Shown piece by piece: positions 1-11,938 of a stretch of 60,901 nt of DNA. The notes beneath the pieces were generated by a model. It worked only from the letters and a program-made list of their open reading frames with translations. It made no database searches and was not told the origin of the DNA. Where the stretch lies: positions 1 to 60,901 of the forward strand of contig JABLTG010000129.1 in NCBI GenBank assembly GCA_016618085.1. The letters are read 5' to 3'. Positions within the stretch are counted from its first letter, which is position 1. Each line of letters begins with the position of its first letter. Source of the DNA: Neovahlkampfia damariscottae. Its lineage: Eukaryota. Made by a program: the position numbers and the translations under genes.

Positions 1-182
1 TGCTAGAAATATACTCCTCAAATACATTTCTGAAAAAGAGTGACTCTTACGAGTTGCGTGGTGGCCTACCACCAAAAATGTACTCATTGTTTACATTGTT
101 CACAATGTTGTATTTAAGAGTAGGCGACATTTATTGTGGAATATTCAACAATATGATTCATTTTTCAGCGAAATTTAAAAAT

Positions 183-3100
183 TTATTCTTTTTTCATTCT
201 TCTTTTTTTTTGAGTGTTATTTACAGAATCAGGATCTCTTTTCAATTTATTTGAACTTGCAGCTGGTTGAAAATATGGCAGAAAACTTGGTTGTGTGACT
301 GGTTTCTGTTGAGTTTGAGGAACCACATTTGGAAATGATTTCGAAATTGGAACAGGTTCTAATTTCTTTCCAATAGGTAAAGTATAATTTGGTTGATCAT
401 TACCTCCAGTAGTTGTTCCACCTGTATTAAATCTATCAACATTGGAAACAATCTTTGGTTGATTTTTAATTATCCTTTGAGCACCAAGATTTGGATTTAT
501 TTGAACACTTGTAGTACTCTTTTGAATATTTGAGCTTGAAGTTTTTTGAACATTTACATTTGGACTCTTTTGAACATTTGAAGTTTTTTGAATATTTGGA
601 TTTATTTGTACACTTGAATTCATCTGTGAATTGTTTTTTGAAGAGTTCATTTGTAAATTTGGATTTACTTGCATATTTGGTTGTAAATTTGACTGTAAAT
701 TTGATGGCTGTAAATTTGGTGGAATATTTGGAGACAAATTTGGTGAAATTGAAGAATTTGAATTCATTGATGGCATTGGATGATTCATCATAATCGGTAT
801 TTGATTTTGAGAAGAATATGACATCAAATTTGATTGTGGTTCAAAATTCTTATTTGATAAAAATCTTGGTGGTAATTTATCATCAAATTTTTGATTCACC
901 TTTTAAAAATATTATTAAAAATGATCCTTCTTACCAGTGTAACAAGATAATCTATTGGTGTTGCAACAGTAATCTTATTTTTATCAAACTTTTCTGATGT
1001 AATATTTTTTGGTTTAATTTCTTGAAGTGATGGTTTTTTAACATCCCAAATCTTTGAAACTTGATTTAAATTCTTTTGTTTTTGATTTAAAATTTCTTGT
1101 TGAAAATCTTTTCTTGGATTATTTTTTATAGTATCAAATCTATTCTCACAATTTTTTGGATTTCTTGGTGAAGTTGTTGGAATCATTGAATGATTAACTT
1201 TTTCGGAAATTAAATTCCAATTTTTTCCATATTTTTCATAAGTATCTAAAATTGTTGAATCCTCAACAGATTTCCATGATATTTCTCCTGTTGAAATTAC
1301 TTTCTTTTTAGATTTCTCTCTTTTTCTTGAAGTTGTTTCTTTTTCTTTTTTTGATTTTTTCTTTTTTTCATCTGAACTTGATGATGTAGTTGTTGATGTT
1401 GTTGTTGTTGAAGTCAATGAAGATGATAATTTTGATTCTTTTTCTTCAATGACAATTTTCTTTTTTTTTTCTATTTTTTTCTTTTTTGTTAAATATTCTG
1501 GATAAAATTCTTTGAAATCATCATCAATAATTACACTCAATGATTTCAAAAACTCCTTTTTATTTTCTACCTAAATAAATTAGAAAAGTGTTAAAATTTG
1601 CTTACTTACTTCATAGTAGAATTCAACATCATCATCATCATTTCCACCATCAATTTCATTTTTTTTATTTTTTACTACACTTGATAATAATGGATTCTTT
1701 TCTTCTAATGAAGTGATAAAAGTTTGTTCATCTTGTTTCTTTTCTTCTTCAATTCTATTAATTTCTTCGATAATATCATCTTTTTTTTGTAATTCCAAAA
1801 ATTTTAAAGCAAATCTTAAAAGAATAAAAATACAAAAAAAAATAAGTTACAATTCAATAGGAGATAATAATTTTGAAATATCATCTGAATCTTCATTTTC
1901 TAAATCATCAATTTCTCTTTCATTTTCATTAATTTCTTGTTGTAATAACTTCATAGCTTGAACATCTGATTTATCTTCAACAGTTGTTAAAGCATTTTGC
2001 ATTTCTTTATCAGAAACATTTGAAAATATTTGTTTTTCAAATTTAATTGATTCATCAAATATTTCCTTCATATCAACTTTTTTGAATAAATCTGTTGTAA
2101 AACCACCTGACTGAATAATAACTTCATTCATTGTTTTTTTTTGATGTGCTTTTAATAAAATTCTTTCTTCAATTGTCATTTCTGAAATTAATCTATAAAT
2201 ATGAACATCCTTAGTTTGTCCAATTCTATGACATCGATCTTGTGCTTGTAAATCCATTGCAGGATTCCAATCTGAATCATAAAAGATAACTGTATCTGCA
2301 CCTGTTAAATTAACACCAACACCTCCTGATCTTGTTGATAAAATGAATACAAAGATATTTGGATCATTATTAAATTTATCCATTAAATATTGTCTCATTT
2401 CAATCTTTGTAGATCCATCAAGTCTTAAATAACTAACATTTAACATACAAAGAAATTCTTCTAAAATATCTAACATTTTACTCATTTGTGTAAATATTAA
2501 AACTCTATGACTTCCTTGTTTTAATTTTCTTAATAAATTTGATAAAACATAAAATTTTCCACAATCAACTTGGATTAAACGTTTATCTGGAAAATACATT
2601 TTTGAACGAATAAAACTTGATCTATAAACATCTGTTGCAGAAGATAATAATTTTTCTTTTTTTTCAATTTCTTCTTCTTCTATTACTTTTTCTCTTAAAT
2701 TTGAAACACATTTTGTTATTTTTTGAATTGTTTGAACTTTTGGAATAAAAACTGTAAAATTTTCAATAATCTCTTTTGAACCATCAAATCTTTTTTCTGG
2801 TGTTAAAATTATATCATTTCCTTTTGATGGTTTTGACCAAATCTTAATATCAGGTTTTGTTAAAATATCATTTTTCATTTCAATTGTCAATGATTTCACT
2901 AAATCTTGTCCAAAAACTAAATAATTATGTTCACATTTGAGTTTATTGTTTTTTAATAATCTTTCAATTCTTTGATTTTTTTCTTTTTCTTCAAATTTAT
3001 TCAAATTATTGACATATTGATTCATATTTGCAAATTTAATCTTGGCAGGTTTAATTGGATCAATTGGTTTTGATTTTAAAATATGTCTAAATTCTGAATC

Positions 3101-5654
3101 TGAATAAGCTAATTCTTGAATTAACTGAATGTCATATGCACTTTGTGTTTCATTTTTAATAAAATTAAATCCAAGTAAATCTAAATTGACTGATTCAAAT
3201 GGTTCTCTTTCAAGTACTTTCACAACAATTTTTGGAAATTCAATTGTTAATGGTTTTGTTAAAAATGGTGAAATAATAGGTCTACTTTCAAATAAATCAG
3301 GATGATTACAAACTTTTCTTAATTGCATAATAACTCCTAATACTTTAAATAAACTTCCAGATTCTAAATTATCTCTTGTTTCTGCACGACTCATAAAATC
3401 TTCATATAATAATCTTTGTCTCTTTGATAATTTACATTTTATAATATGTTCATATTTTTGAGGTAATTGTTTTTCAACATCTTTTTTTAACCTACGAAGT
3501 AAAAATGGTCTTAAAATTGTATGTAATCTGGCAATCTGTTCTTCATCAATTTCTTGTTTTCCTTCAATCATTCCTGTGACAGGTTTTGAAAACCATTCTT
3601 TAAATTCAGAGTTTGATTCAAATACTTTTAAAGTTATGAAAAAAATTAGAATCTCTTACAATGAGGCATTAAAAAGTGCATTAAAGACCATAATTCCATA
3701 ACTGAATTTTGTAAAGGTGTACCAGTAAGTAATAAACGTCCTTTTGAATTGAAATTCAATAATACTTGCCACTTTCTGCTTTTAAAATTTTTAATATGCT
3801 ATTTAATTAGATTTAAAAAAAAAGATAGAATTACTTGTGCTTCATCTAAAATCATATAGTTCCATGCTTTTCTTCTAAATATTTGTTCATCTTGTAAAGC
3901 AATATTATAAGAAGTGATACAGATATGAAATGAATTTGGTTTGGACCATCCAGATCTTTTTGCTTTTCTTTGTTTTTGTGATCCATAATAACAAATGATC
4001 TTCATACCTGGTGCCCATCTTTTGAATTCAATTTCCCAATTGATAATAACACTCGCAGGTACAATAACGAGATGTGGACCCCATGAACCTCTTTCTGATG
4101 CTAAATAAGCTAAAAATGCAATAGTCATAACCTAAGAAGTATAAGTATTAGAAAAGGATTTTGTACCGTTTTTCCAAGTCCCATTTCATCTGCTAGAATT
4201 CCATTCAATCCTATTAATCATTTAATCTCTTTGTTTTCTTACCTTTGTCATACATTTTAACAAGCCAATCAAGTCCAATTAATTGATATTCTCTTAAGGT
4301 ATATTTTGGATTCAATAAAGTTGGGACTGCTGTTAAAATCTTTGTCGTACTGAGCGTATATCCTTGTGGCTTTGAAAATTTGATTTAATATTTTAAGTCT
4401 TACTTGGGCAGATTCAGCAAAAGTTGCGGCTTCAGTGATTCTTTCTTTACTTGAAAGATTTTTGGAAGTGTCATCAGTTTTTGTTTCTGTTGAAGGTTCT
4501 ACTGTCATAACATCTTCTTCTTCTTCTTCTTCTTCAGTTTCATCAATATCTTCTTCTTCTTCTTCCATTTCATCATCTTCATCATTATCCCCTTGTAGTG
4601 TTGTGGTTGTACCTTTTTTTAAACCATATTGAGCCAATAATTCTTCCAAAGAAAGTTCAGATTCATCTTGTAATTTTGAAATTTCGTCAGCACGATCATC
4701 TCCATTTGCCATTTTTTCTTCTTCAATCAAAGTTGATTCATCGTCTTCTTCTTCTTTTTCAAAATCTTCTTCATCAAAATCCTCTTGAATTTGAGATGTA
4801 GATCTTGGTGAAGACAGAGCAACTGATGAAGTGGGAGACATTGGAGTGGTTGAAGGGTTCTAAAGAATACAATTTAAAATGTTATGTTTTTTACCTCGAG
4901 TTCTTTTGATAACATTTTTGATATATTTTCAGTATGTTTAACTAAATGTTCTCTTTTTCTTGCCAATGATTTATCAATAGTTTCTTGAATTCTTGATTGA
5001 TGTTTCATTTCAACAATTTTCGATACTTTTGACCAAAACTCTTTTTGAATCATTTTTGACATTTTTGAAGCCACTTTTCTAATTTGAATTTCTTCTTCTT
5101 TTTTCTTTTTGTTTTCTCTTGAGATTATGGTATAATGTTGATGTTGAATTTTTTGTGAAACTTTTTTAGCGTTTAAAATTTTTGCTTTTTGTTCTTTCAT
5201 CATATCTTCTTGATACCATTGCATTTCAGCGAGTACAAAATCCCAATGACTTCTAATTCGTGGTGGTTCTAAAAATCTTTTGTTTGGGAGGTTGGATTTA
5301 CTCCAAAGGCCCCTTCTTTGGAGATCTTGTATATCTTGAAGTATTTTAGCTTCTTCTAAAAGCAACTGATCTTCTAGTTCCTTTTTTTTTTTTTTTAATT
5401 TTGTTATAAAGTTTTTACTCTTTTTGTTTTATATTTTTCAAAATTTGATTCCGGTATAAAAATAGGGTTTTCGTATGATATCAATGGTTTGTTTTCTTCC
5501 AAATGCGTCAGTTGATTTTCAACCATTTTTATTGCTTGCTTGATTTGTCTTTTTGTAAAACGTAAAAAAAATAAAATAAATACTTCAGATAGGTGTCACC
5601 ATCATATTCATGTTTAGTGATACCATTTTGATGGTTTTCTACTTCTTCAAACAT
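183..5654 (-). CDS. SWR1: SWR1/SRCAP/PIE1-type SNF2 chromatin-remodelling ATPase (HSA, split SNF2 helicase, SANT, Q/N-rich tail), multi-exon
   Basis: Spliced translation gives an HSA-like segment ([12 protein letters not shown]), [67 protein letters not shown] and a SANT-like WKSVED...NWNLIS. Exons join through about 32-40 nt GT-AG introns. ATG at 5654. Confidence 0.93.
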
Positions 5655-5772
5655 TTTTAATTTTTTGAAGGTGAGGAAAAAAACAATAAAAATTTGTTAT
5701 ACAAGACGATTGGTTGAAAAAAAAAACTTTTGATCCTTATTGGTTGAAAAAAACGTTAGGAAAAAATAAACT

Positions 5773-5780
5773 GCGCCAAA
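5773..5780 (-). promoter_or_regulatory. E2F-consensus site (TTTGGCGC) in the divergent SWR1/kinase promoter
   Basis: The plus strand reads GCGCCAAA, an exact TTTSSCGC match on the minus strand in an otherwise AT-rich gap. Two ATTGG boxes lie nearby (about 5709 and 5739). Confidence 0.4.
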
Positions 5781-6021
5781 ATGTTGAACTGTATTGATCC
5801 AGTCTGAACTTTTCCGGAATGAGATTCACATTTGACAGGGAAATATAAGTTTGATTGTCTTCAATTCTCTATTCTGGTTTTGGGTTTAGAGAATTGAAAA
5901 CATTTTTCTATTAAATCACAGAGTGTAGTTTGTTTAATTGAAACTTCTTATTCATGTAGACATTTTGGAAAAAACTAACCAATCAAATCACTTTTTAGTT
6001 TCCTCATTGAAAAAGAACAAT

Positions 6022-7479
6022 ATGGTTGAAGAATTTGTTAGAAACCTTTCTTTAGTTGGTGACATGTTCAAACAAAGGGATAGTAATGTATTTACATCAA
6101 CAAAGAAAAATTTTGATCAATCTTGGCCTTCCAAGCTGGAAGATTACACTTTAGAGTAAATTTAAACAATCCAAACTTATTTTTCAAAGACACTTACTTT
6201 CAGAAAACGACCGTGGAAAAATATACTCTGGAAAATGTAACCTTGAAACCTTCAAAGATATTCCTATTGCGATAAAAATTATTGATTTCGAAAACACTGA
6301 CGTTAACCTGGATGTGATACGAGTAACCTGAAATAATTTGAAACTCATTTATTTTTTCAGAAAGAAATTCAAATTATGGGTGTTTGTGATCATCCTAACA
6401 TCATTCAGTATTATACTTCATTTATAAAATCAACAAAAATGCATATTGTTATGGAACTTTGTGAAGGTTCTGTTCTTGATTTGATAAAAATAAAAACAAA
6501 GAATGGATTAAAAGAACCTTATTTACTTGGAAGTATTTTAAAACAAGTCCTATGTGGTTTGGATTATCTTCATTACAATGGTTTATTACATAGAAATATC
6601 AAAGCTTCAAATATTCTCATTGATAAAAAAGGAATCATTAAATTATGTGATTTTACAGGTGCTGGAAACTTATTTGAACAAGGTATTAAAAGAGAACAAA
6701 GGTAAAAAATTATTTTTTTAAATTAAAAAAACAAAGAACCACATACATTGGTACTATTCAATGGATGGCACCTGAAGTATTAGAACAATCAAAAGGATAT
6801 GATGCAAAAGCAGATGTTTGGTCATTTGGTATCACTTGCATTGAACTGGTGAAAGGTAAAGAAAATAAAACCATTTTTAACACAACTTCAGGAAAAGTAC
6901 CTTTTGCTGATTTTCAACCGATGAAAGTTATGGTAGCAATTTTAAAACATCAATCACCAACAATTGAAGATAAAGAAGTTTCAACAAATACTTTAAAAAT
7001 GATGATTGATTCATGTCTTTTAAAAGAACCAAAAAACAGACCAAATTCAAAAGATTTATTAAGTTACAAATTTATAAAGAATTTTGATAAAGGAAGTGAA
7101 TATATTGTCACAAATTTATTATCCAATTTACCACCTTTAGAAAAAAGAGATTTGAATCAACATTATTCAGAAGATATTTCAGACAATGAAATTGAATTTG
7201 ATTTTGAAGAAAATAAAGAAGAAATTGATAAACTAAATTTAGATCCTTCTGAAAAGTTAGTTTTATTAATTGAATCTTTGAAAGAACAAGAATCAGATGA
7301 AACATGTGGTAAGATAAAAAAAAAAACAGTTTTTTACCATAAAAGTTGAATGTGAAAGATCAAAGGCTATTTTAACATGTAGTGATTGTAAAACAAATCA
7401 ATGTTTTGATTGTGCAGTTGCTATTCATCTTGATAAAAGATTCAAAGAAAATTTATCACATGAACTGAAAGGATTGTAA
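6022..7479 (+). CDS. STE20/OSR1-STRAD-like kinase-domain protein (probable pseudokinase) with C-terminal B-box zinc finger
   Basis: Motifs IAIK, HPNII, HRNIKASNIL, LCDFTG, GTIQWMAPEVLEQ and YDAKADVWSFGIT. The C-terminus encodes C-x2-C-x8-C-x2-C-x4-C-x2-C-x4-H-x10-H. Five short introns. Confidence 0.85.
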
Positions 7480-7503
7480 ATAAAACTATTTTAATTTATT
7501 TTT

Positions 7504-8814
7504 TTAATAATACTCTTCCAATCTTTTTTCAGTGAATAATGAAAAATCCATTCCTTCTTTTAAAACTTTGACATTACATTCTTCAACTGTTTTTTCTTTT
7601 GGAGGTGCCATAGATGCATCCCATTGTGGTTGCATAAAAACAGCAAATGTACTTCTACTAACTCCAGGAACACTTGAACCCTTTTTTTTTTGTTAATTTT
7701 TAAAATTGAATTTTACTCTGACACAACTAAAGAAAATGGTTCAGTTGAATTTAAAAAAATTACTGTGGTGTTGCTGTCAATAATCCACCTGAATGAATTT
7801 GTGCTGATTCACCAATTTGAAAAGCTAACATATCTTCAGCCCAACCAGCTTTTACAATTTCATTTTTACGATTTTCAATAAATAAACCAGCATCTTTATC
7901 TTTATTTTCAATAATATTTCCATTTTCATCTTGAAATATAGCTTTTGTTAAACCTGTCAAAGTACCATGATCCAAATGCCAACCACCTAAAGAAAAATGA
8001 ATTTTGAAGTTTTTTTCAATTTACACCAGTCATCAAATGATTCATTTTCATTTTTTTTTACTTCTTCGTTTTTTGGAAAATAGTATAAAAGACGTGCTTT
8101 ACAAGTCAAAGAATCATGAATTGTTTTTGAAATTTTTTCTTGTTCAAAACTTTTAATTTGAGAAGAAACATATTGATCACATTGATAACCAACTAATTCA
8201 CCAACTAAAAATTTAATACTAAAAGAATAATCACCTGAAACAATCAATTGTCCTAAATTTTTGAATGCACCTTCAAGTTCTGGAATTTCTTCCTTTGGCC
8301 AAATCTATCAAATTTTTAGTTTTTTTTTGTTGTTTCATTTACATTTCCAGCACAATAAAATGGATACTTTTCAATTAATTCTTTGTCTTCTGTTGGTTTG
8401 TCATATTGTGGATTGTTGTAATAAGAACCTTTTGAAGTGTCAAATTTACCAGCAAATTTTTCTTTTCCAAAACTCCATCCAAAACTATAATGACTCTTTT
8501 TGTCTTCATATTTTGCTTTAGTTTTTTCATCAAGTGTTCCAAATTGTTTTGCTAATGAAAGTAAGTTTTTACGATATTCAACATATTTTGGAACATTTTT
8601 GACTACCAAAATGCCTAATCCATCTCTTTTGAAAATATTTTTAAAGTTTAATGTTCTATTTACTTTCCATAAGCTTCTTCGATTTCAGCTTTCAAATCTT
8701 TTTTATTTTTTAAATCTTCATAATCTAAAGTGACTACCTGTGAATTTCTTTGTTAATATGGATTGATGTTGATACCTTAGCAGCAAGTTTATAGTTTGTT
8801 GCAGATTGATTCAT
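7504..8814 (-). CDS. 2-oxoglutarate/Fe(II)-dependent oxygenase (isopenicillin N synthase-like fold)
   Basis: Spliced motifs YSFGWSFGKE, KARLLYYFP, WCGWHLDHGTLTGL (HxD), FQIGE, ATPHCVR (distal His) and RSTFAVFMQP. Confidence 0.88.
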
Positions 8815-8966
8815 CTTCTTTGTTTTTCTTCAAATTTGTCTTTTTAGAGTGTCCGCCAATGAAAAGGTTTTATCTAAATTGGGAACAGAATCATTTGTTT
8901 TCACTTCAGGCGATTGAAAAATGTTTTGCTGAGATAAACTTTTCAGACTAGACTGAGACAGGTAAA

Positions 8967-9201
8967 CAAGAAGACTGACTGGAGTCTTTTTGCTTCGAAC
9001 GAAACTAGATACTTTATTTGACCAATGGTTATTCTTTTATAAGATTCATTAACAGTAGTAGAAGCAGAAGCTCCGTTGAGAATGCTGCTTCTACTACTGT
9101 CAACGGCATAAAAGTATTTAACTTGATTTAACGGTTTCCTAAAATACCTAATTTGTTTTACTACACAGGCCACTAGCAATTTTTCTTTGCTGGAAAGGGC
9201 C
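8967..9201. ncRNA. Candidate structured non-coding RNA (family unassigned)
   Basis: Perfect 16-bp inverted repeat at 9052-9067/9085-9100, a 10-bp stem at 8967-8976/8983-8992 and a stem at 9173-9179/9187-9193 closed by GGCC/GGCC. All lie in an unusually long, GC-richer intergenic gap. Confidence 0.4.
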
Positions 9202-9250
9202 GGCGGTTTCATATTTCAAAAATGTGTCTACAATAGACCAATCAAATCGA

Positions 9251-11170
9251 ATGAAGTTTTTTCCAAATGTTTTGTTGTTCTTACTGATACTTGCTTATAA
9301 TTCGACGTCTAAAATATGTGTACCATGGAGAAGAACTTCTTTTATTATTGAAAAACTCAACAACACCTATCTTTGTTCATTATATTCCGCATCAAGAAAC
9401 GGTTGGACAGGTATAGGAATAAGCAACAAGAACGATCCTTTTTCCAACAGCCACATGATTTACTTTTCAACAAATTTCATAGAACAAATTTCAAATCATT
9501 CATTCACCACTAGAAATCAAACACATTTTTTTTCACACGAAACTCATGTTGACACTTTCAATTTTCAAGTGGATGACCACAAAAAAATAACTTTTGAAAT
9601 TAAAGAAAAACAGTTATTAAATCAAACACACCTCTTTTTTGCTGAAGGTGATTCATACTTGAACTCAACTTCATTATTTCACACAAAATTTTTGTCAAAA
9701 AAAATTAATTTACTGAAAGAACTTGAAAAAGACGGTAGGATGAAAATTAAATTAAATTAATATCAGAATTGCTAAATTGTGAAGGTGAATATTTGAATTT
9801 ACCAAGTCGAATATTCGCTATTTTTGGTTGGACTTTTTACCTTCAAATTTTCTACTATATTGCTCTACTTTTGTTATGTGTTTATTTTAGGGATGAAGAA
9901 CCATTAAAATCTCGATCCTTTGCTCCCTTTGTCATTATTTTTTGTCATACTATTAACTTGGCTGTAGAAAGAGTTAGCTATCTTCAAGATTTTGAATGGA
10001 ATTCACGATATGGATGTATTTTAACAGCATTTTTAAGATATCCACCTATATTTACAAGGTAATTCCTAATGAATCTATTCATGTATTTCCAGCTCATTGG
10101 TTATTTTTTTCATGTTTTGTAGATACTTATTTATTTTAAATATCAATTTATTCAAAGTTACACTGTCAAAAAAAGTAAGGGATGATGATTATATTGAAAA
10201 AATGCCCTTAATTTATATTATTCTGAAGAGATTATCATCACCAATGACATTTTTATTGTTGTCAATTTTTTTGTATTTTGGATGTACATTTTCTGAATTT
10301 ATTGCTTTAATTTTTTATGATTTGAAGTGCCTAAATTCAGTTGGAGATGTTATTTTATATGTTTACATTATTCCTTTAATTTTTGCAAATATTTTTGTTT
10401 GTTTTCTTTTCATTTTTGATATCACAAGGAATATTAAAATTCTGTTGAAATGTAAACTGAAACTTTATTTTGTTATTTCAGATCCAAACTTTTTTAGATA
10501 TGAATCAATGTTGTTCATCCCAAATGTTGTGATTATTATCATTTGGACAGTAACCACCAATGTACCTATTTTATTTAGATTGGGAATCACTGAATACTTG
10601 CTTGTTTACAATGTTCATTTGGGTGGAATTTTCGCTCTTTATGTCACTATTTTTTACTATTTCTATAGAAAAATTCGAAACAAAAAATTGAATGATTCAG
10701 AAGCTGAAGGAACACTATCACGAATTTTCAATGATCCATTCCTTCTGGAAATTTTTTCAAAGTTTGCAAATTCAGGTAATTATTGACAATAACAATATTA
10801 AATATTATTAGAATGGTCGATTGAAAATGTTTTGTGCAAATCAGATATTATGAAATATCAAAAACATAAAACTCAAGATAAGAGGTTAAAATCTGCATAT
10901 TTTATTAGAGGACAATATCTACTTGATGACTCACCATTTCAAATTAATATAGATTCCAAAACATTCAATAATGTTGCAGTACTCATTGATAATGGATTGA
11001 ATGTTCCATTGAAAGATGATTTGTTTGATCCAATTCTTAAAGTTGTTCATTCAAATTTGTCAGATACATTGAGTAGATTCACAGCTACATCAGAGTATAA
11101 GAGTCATTTATTATTGGAAAAAAGAGTAACTTTTGTTTTAAAAGGTAATTCAAAAGAGACACTTCAATAA
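9251..11170 (+). CDS. Signal peptide, DOMON-like ectodomain, multi-pass (7TM-like) region and C-terminal RGS domain
   Basis: Hydrophobic N-terminus; GWTGIG motif; several TM helices with the PLKSR motif. RGS motifs: FSKFANSEWSIENVLC, YLLDDSPFQINID, LFD and NLSDTLSRF. Three introns. Confidence 0.8.
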
Positions 11171-11200
11171 AGTAATTTCTTCTGTTCTCATTTTCATTGG

Positions 11201-11938
11201 ATGTTGACTTGTGAAGTTTGTGTGGACAGTGTAGAATCAATTGTCTCGGCAATTGAAGCAAACGTGAACAGAATAGAATTATGTAGTAGCTTGAATGAAG
11301 GTGGCTTAACACCATCCATAGGATTGACAAAACTAGCGAAACAAATGATTTCAAAAACTTCAATTGAGTTGTACATCATGATTCGACCAAGACCTTCAGA
11401 TTTCTTGTACTCTGAACTTGAATTTCGAATTATGAAAGAGGATATTAATAGTTTAAAAGAATACTGTGATGGATTTGTCTTTGGAATTTTGAAAAAAGAT
11501 GCGACAGTTGATAAAGTGCGAGTTGAGGAATTGATAAAATTAAGTAGACCAAAAGGAGTCACTTTTCATCGAGCTATTGATATGTGTTTTGATATAGAAA
11601 CTTCATTGAAAGATTTAATGGAACTCAAAGTGGACAGAATTTTAACATCAGGTGGAGAAAAAAATGTTGATGAAGGATTGGAGATGATCAAAAAATTATT
11701 GAAAATTTCGAACCAAAAAATTATAATTATGCCTGGAAGTGGTGTTAACAATCAAAATATAAAGAAATTAGTTGACATTGGAATCACGGAATATCATTTG
11801 AGCGGAAGAAAAACACAAAGAATTTCGGAAATGATTTTCACAAATAAAAAATGTGGAATGGGAATAGAGCCACTCTTTTTAAATGCAAACATAGTAAATG
11901 AAGTCATTAAAAATGCTAATGAACGCATAGAAAAATAA
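11201..11938 (+). CDS. CUTC: Copper homeostasis protein CutC
   Basis: EVCVDS, RIELCSSLNEGGLTPS, MIRPR, TFHRAID, RILTSGG and IMPGSG. Intronless. Confidence 0.95.
   Translation: MLTCEVCVDSVESIVSAIEANVNRIELCSSLNEGGLTPSIGLTKLAKQMISKTSIELYIMIRPRPSDFLYSELEFRIMKEDINSLKEYCDGFVFGILKKDATVDKVRVEELIKLSRPKGVTFHRAIDMCFDIETSLKDLMELKVDRILTSGGEKNVDEGLEMIKKLLKISNQKIIIMPGSGVNNQNIKKLVDIGITEYHLSGRKTQRISEMIFTNKKCGMGIEPLFLNANIVNEVIKNANERIEK

Noticed and set aside
5875..5890. GGTTTTGGGTTTAG as a telomeric repeat or telomerase template
   Set aside because: Only about two imperfect units, and the organism's telomere sequence is unknown. Kept only as part of the hairpin finding.
8935..8965. TTCAGACTA resembling the RNase P CR-V motif, and GGAAAGGGCCGG (about 9192) resembling MRP CR-I
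   Set aside because: The order is wrong and no complementary P4 partner lies at a suitable distance.
8943..9212. 89-aa minus-strand ORF (MKPPALSS...)
   Set aside because: No recognisable motif and atypical composition. It coincides with the inverted-repeat island, so it is more likely incidental.
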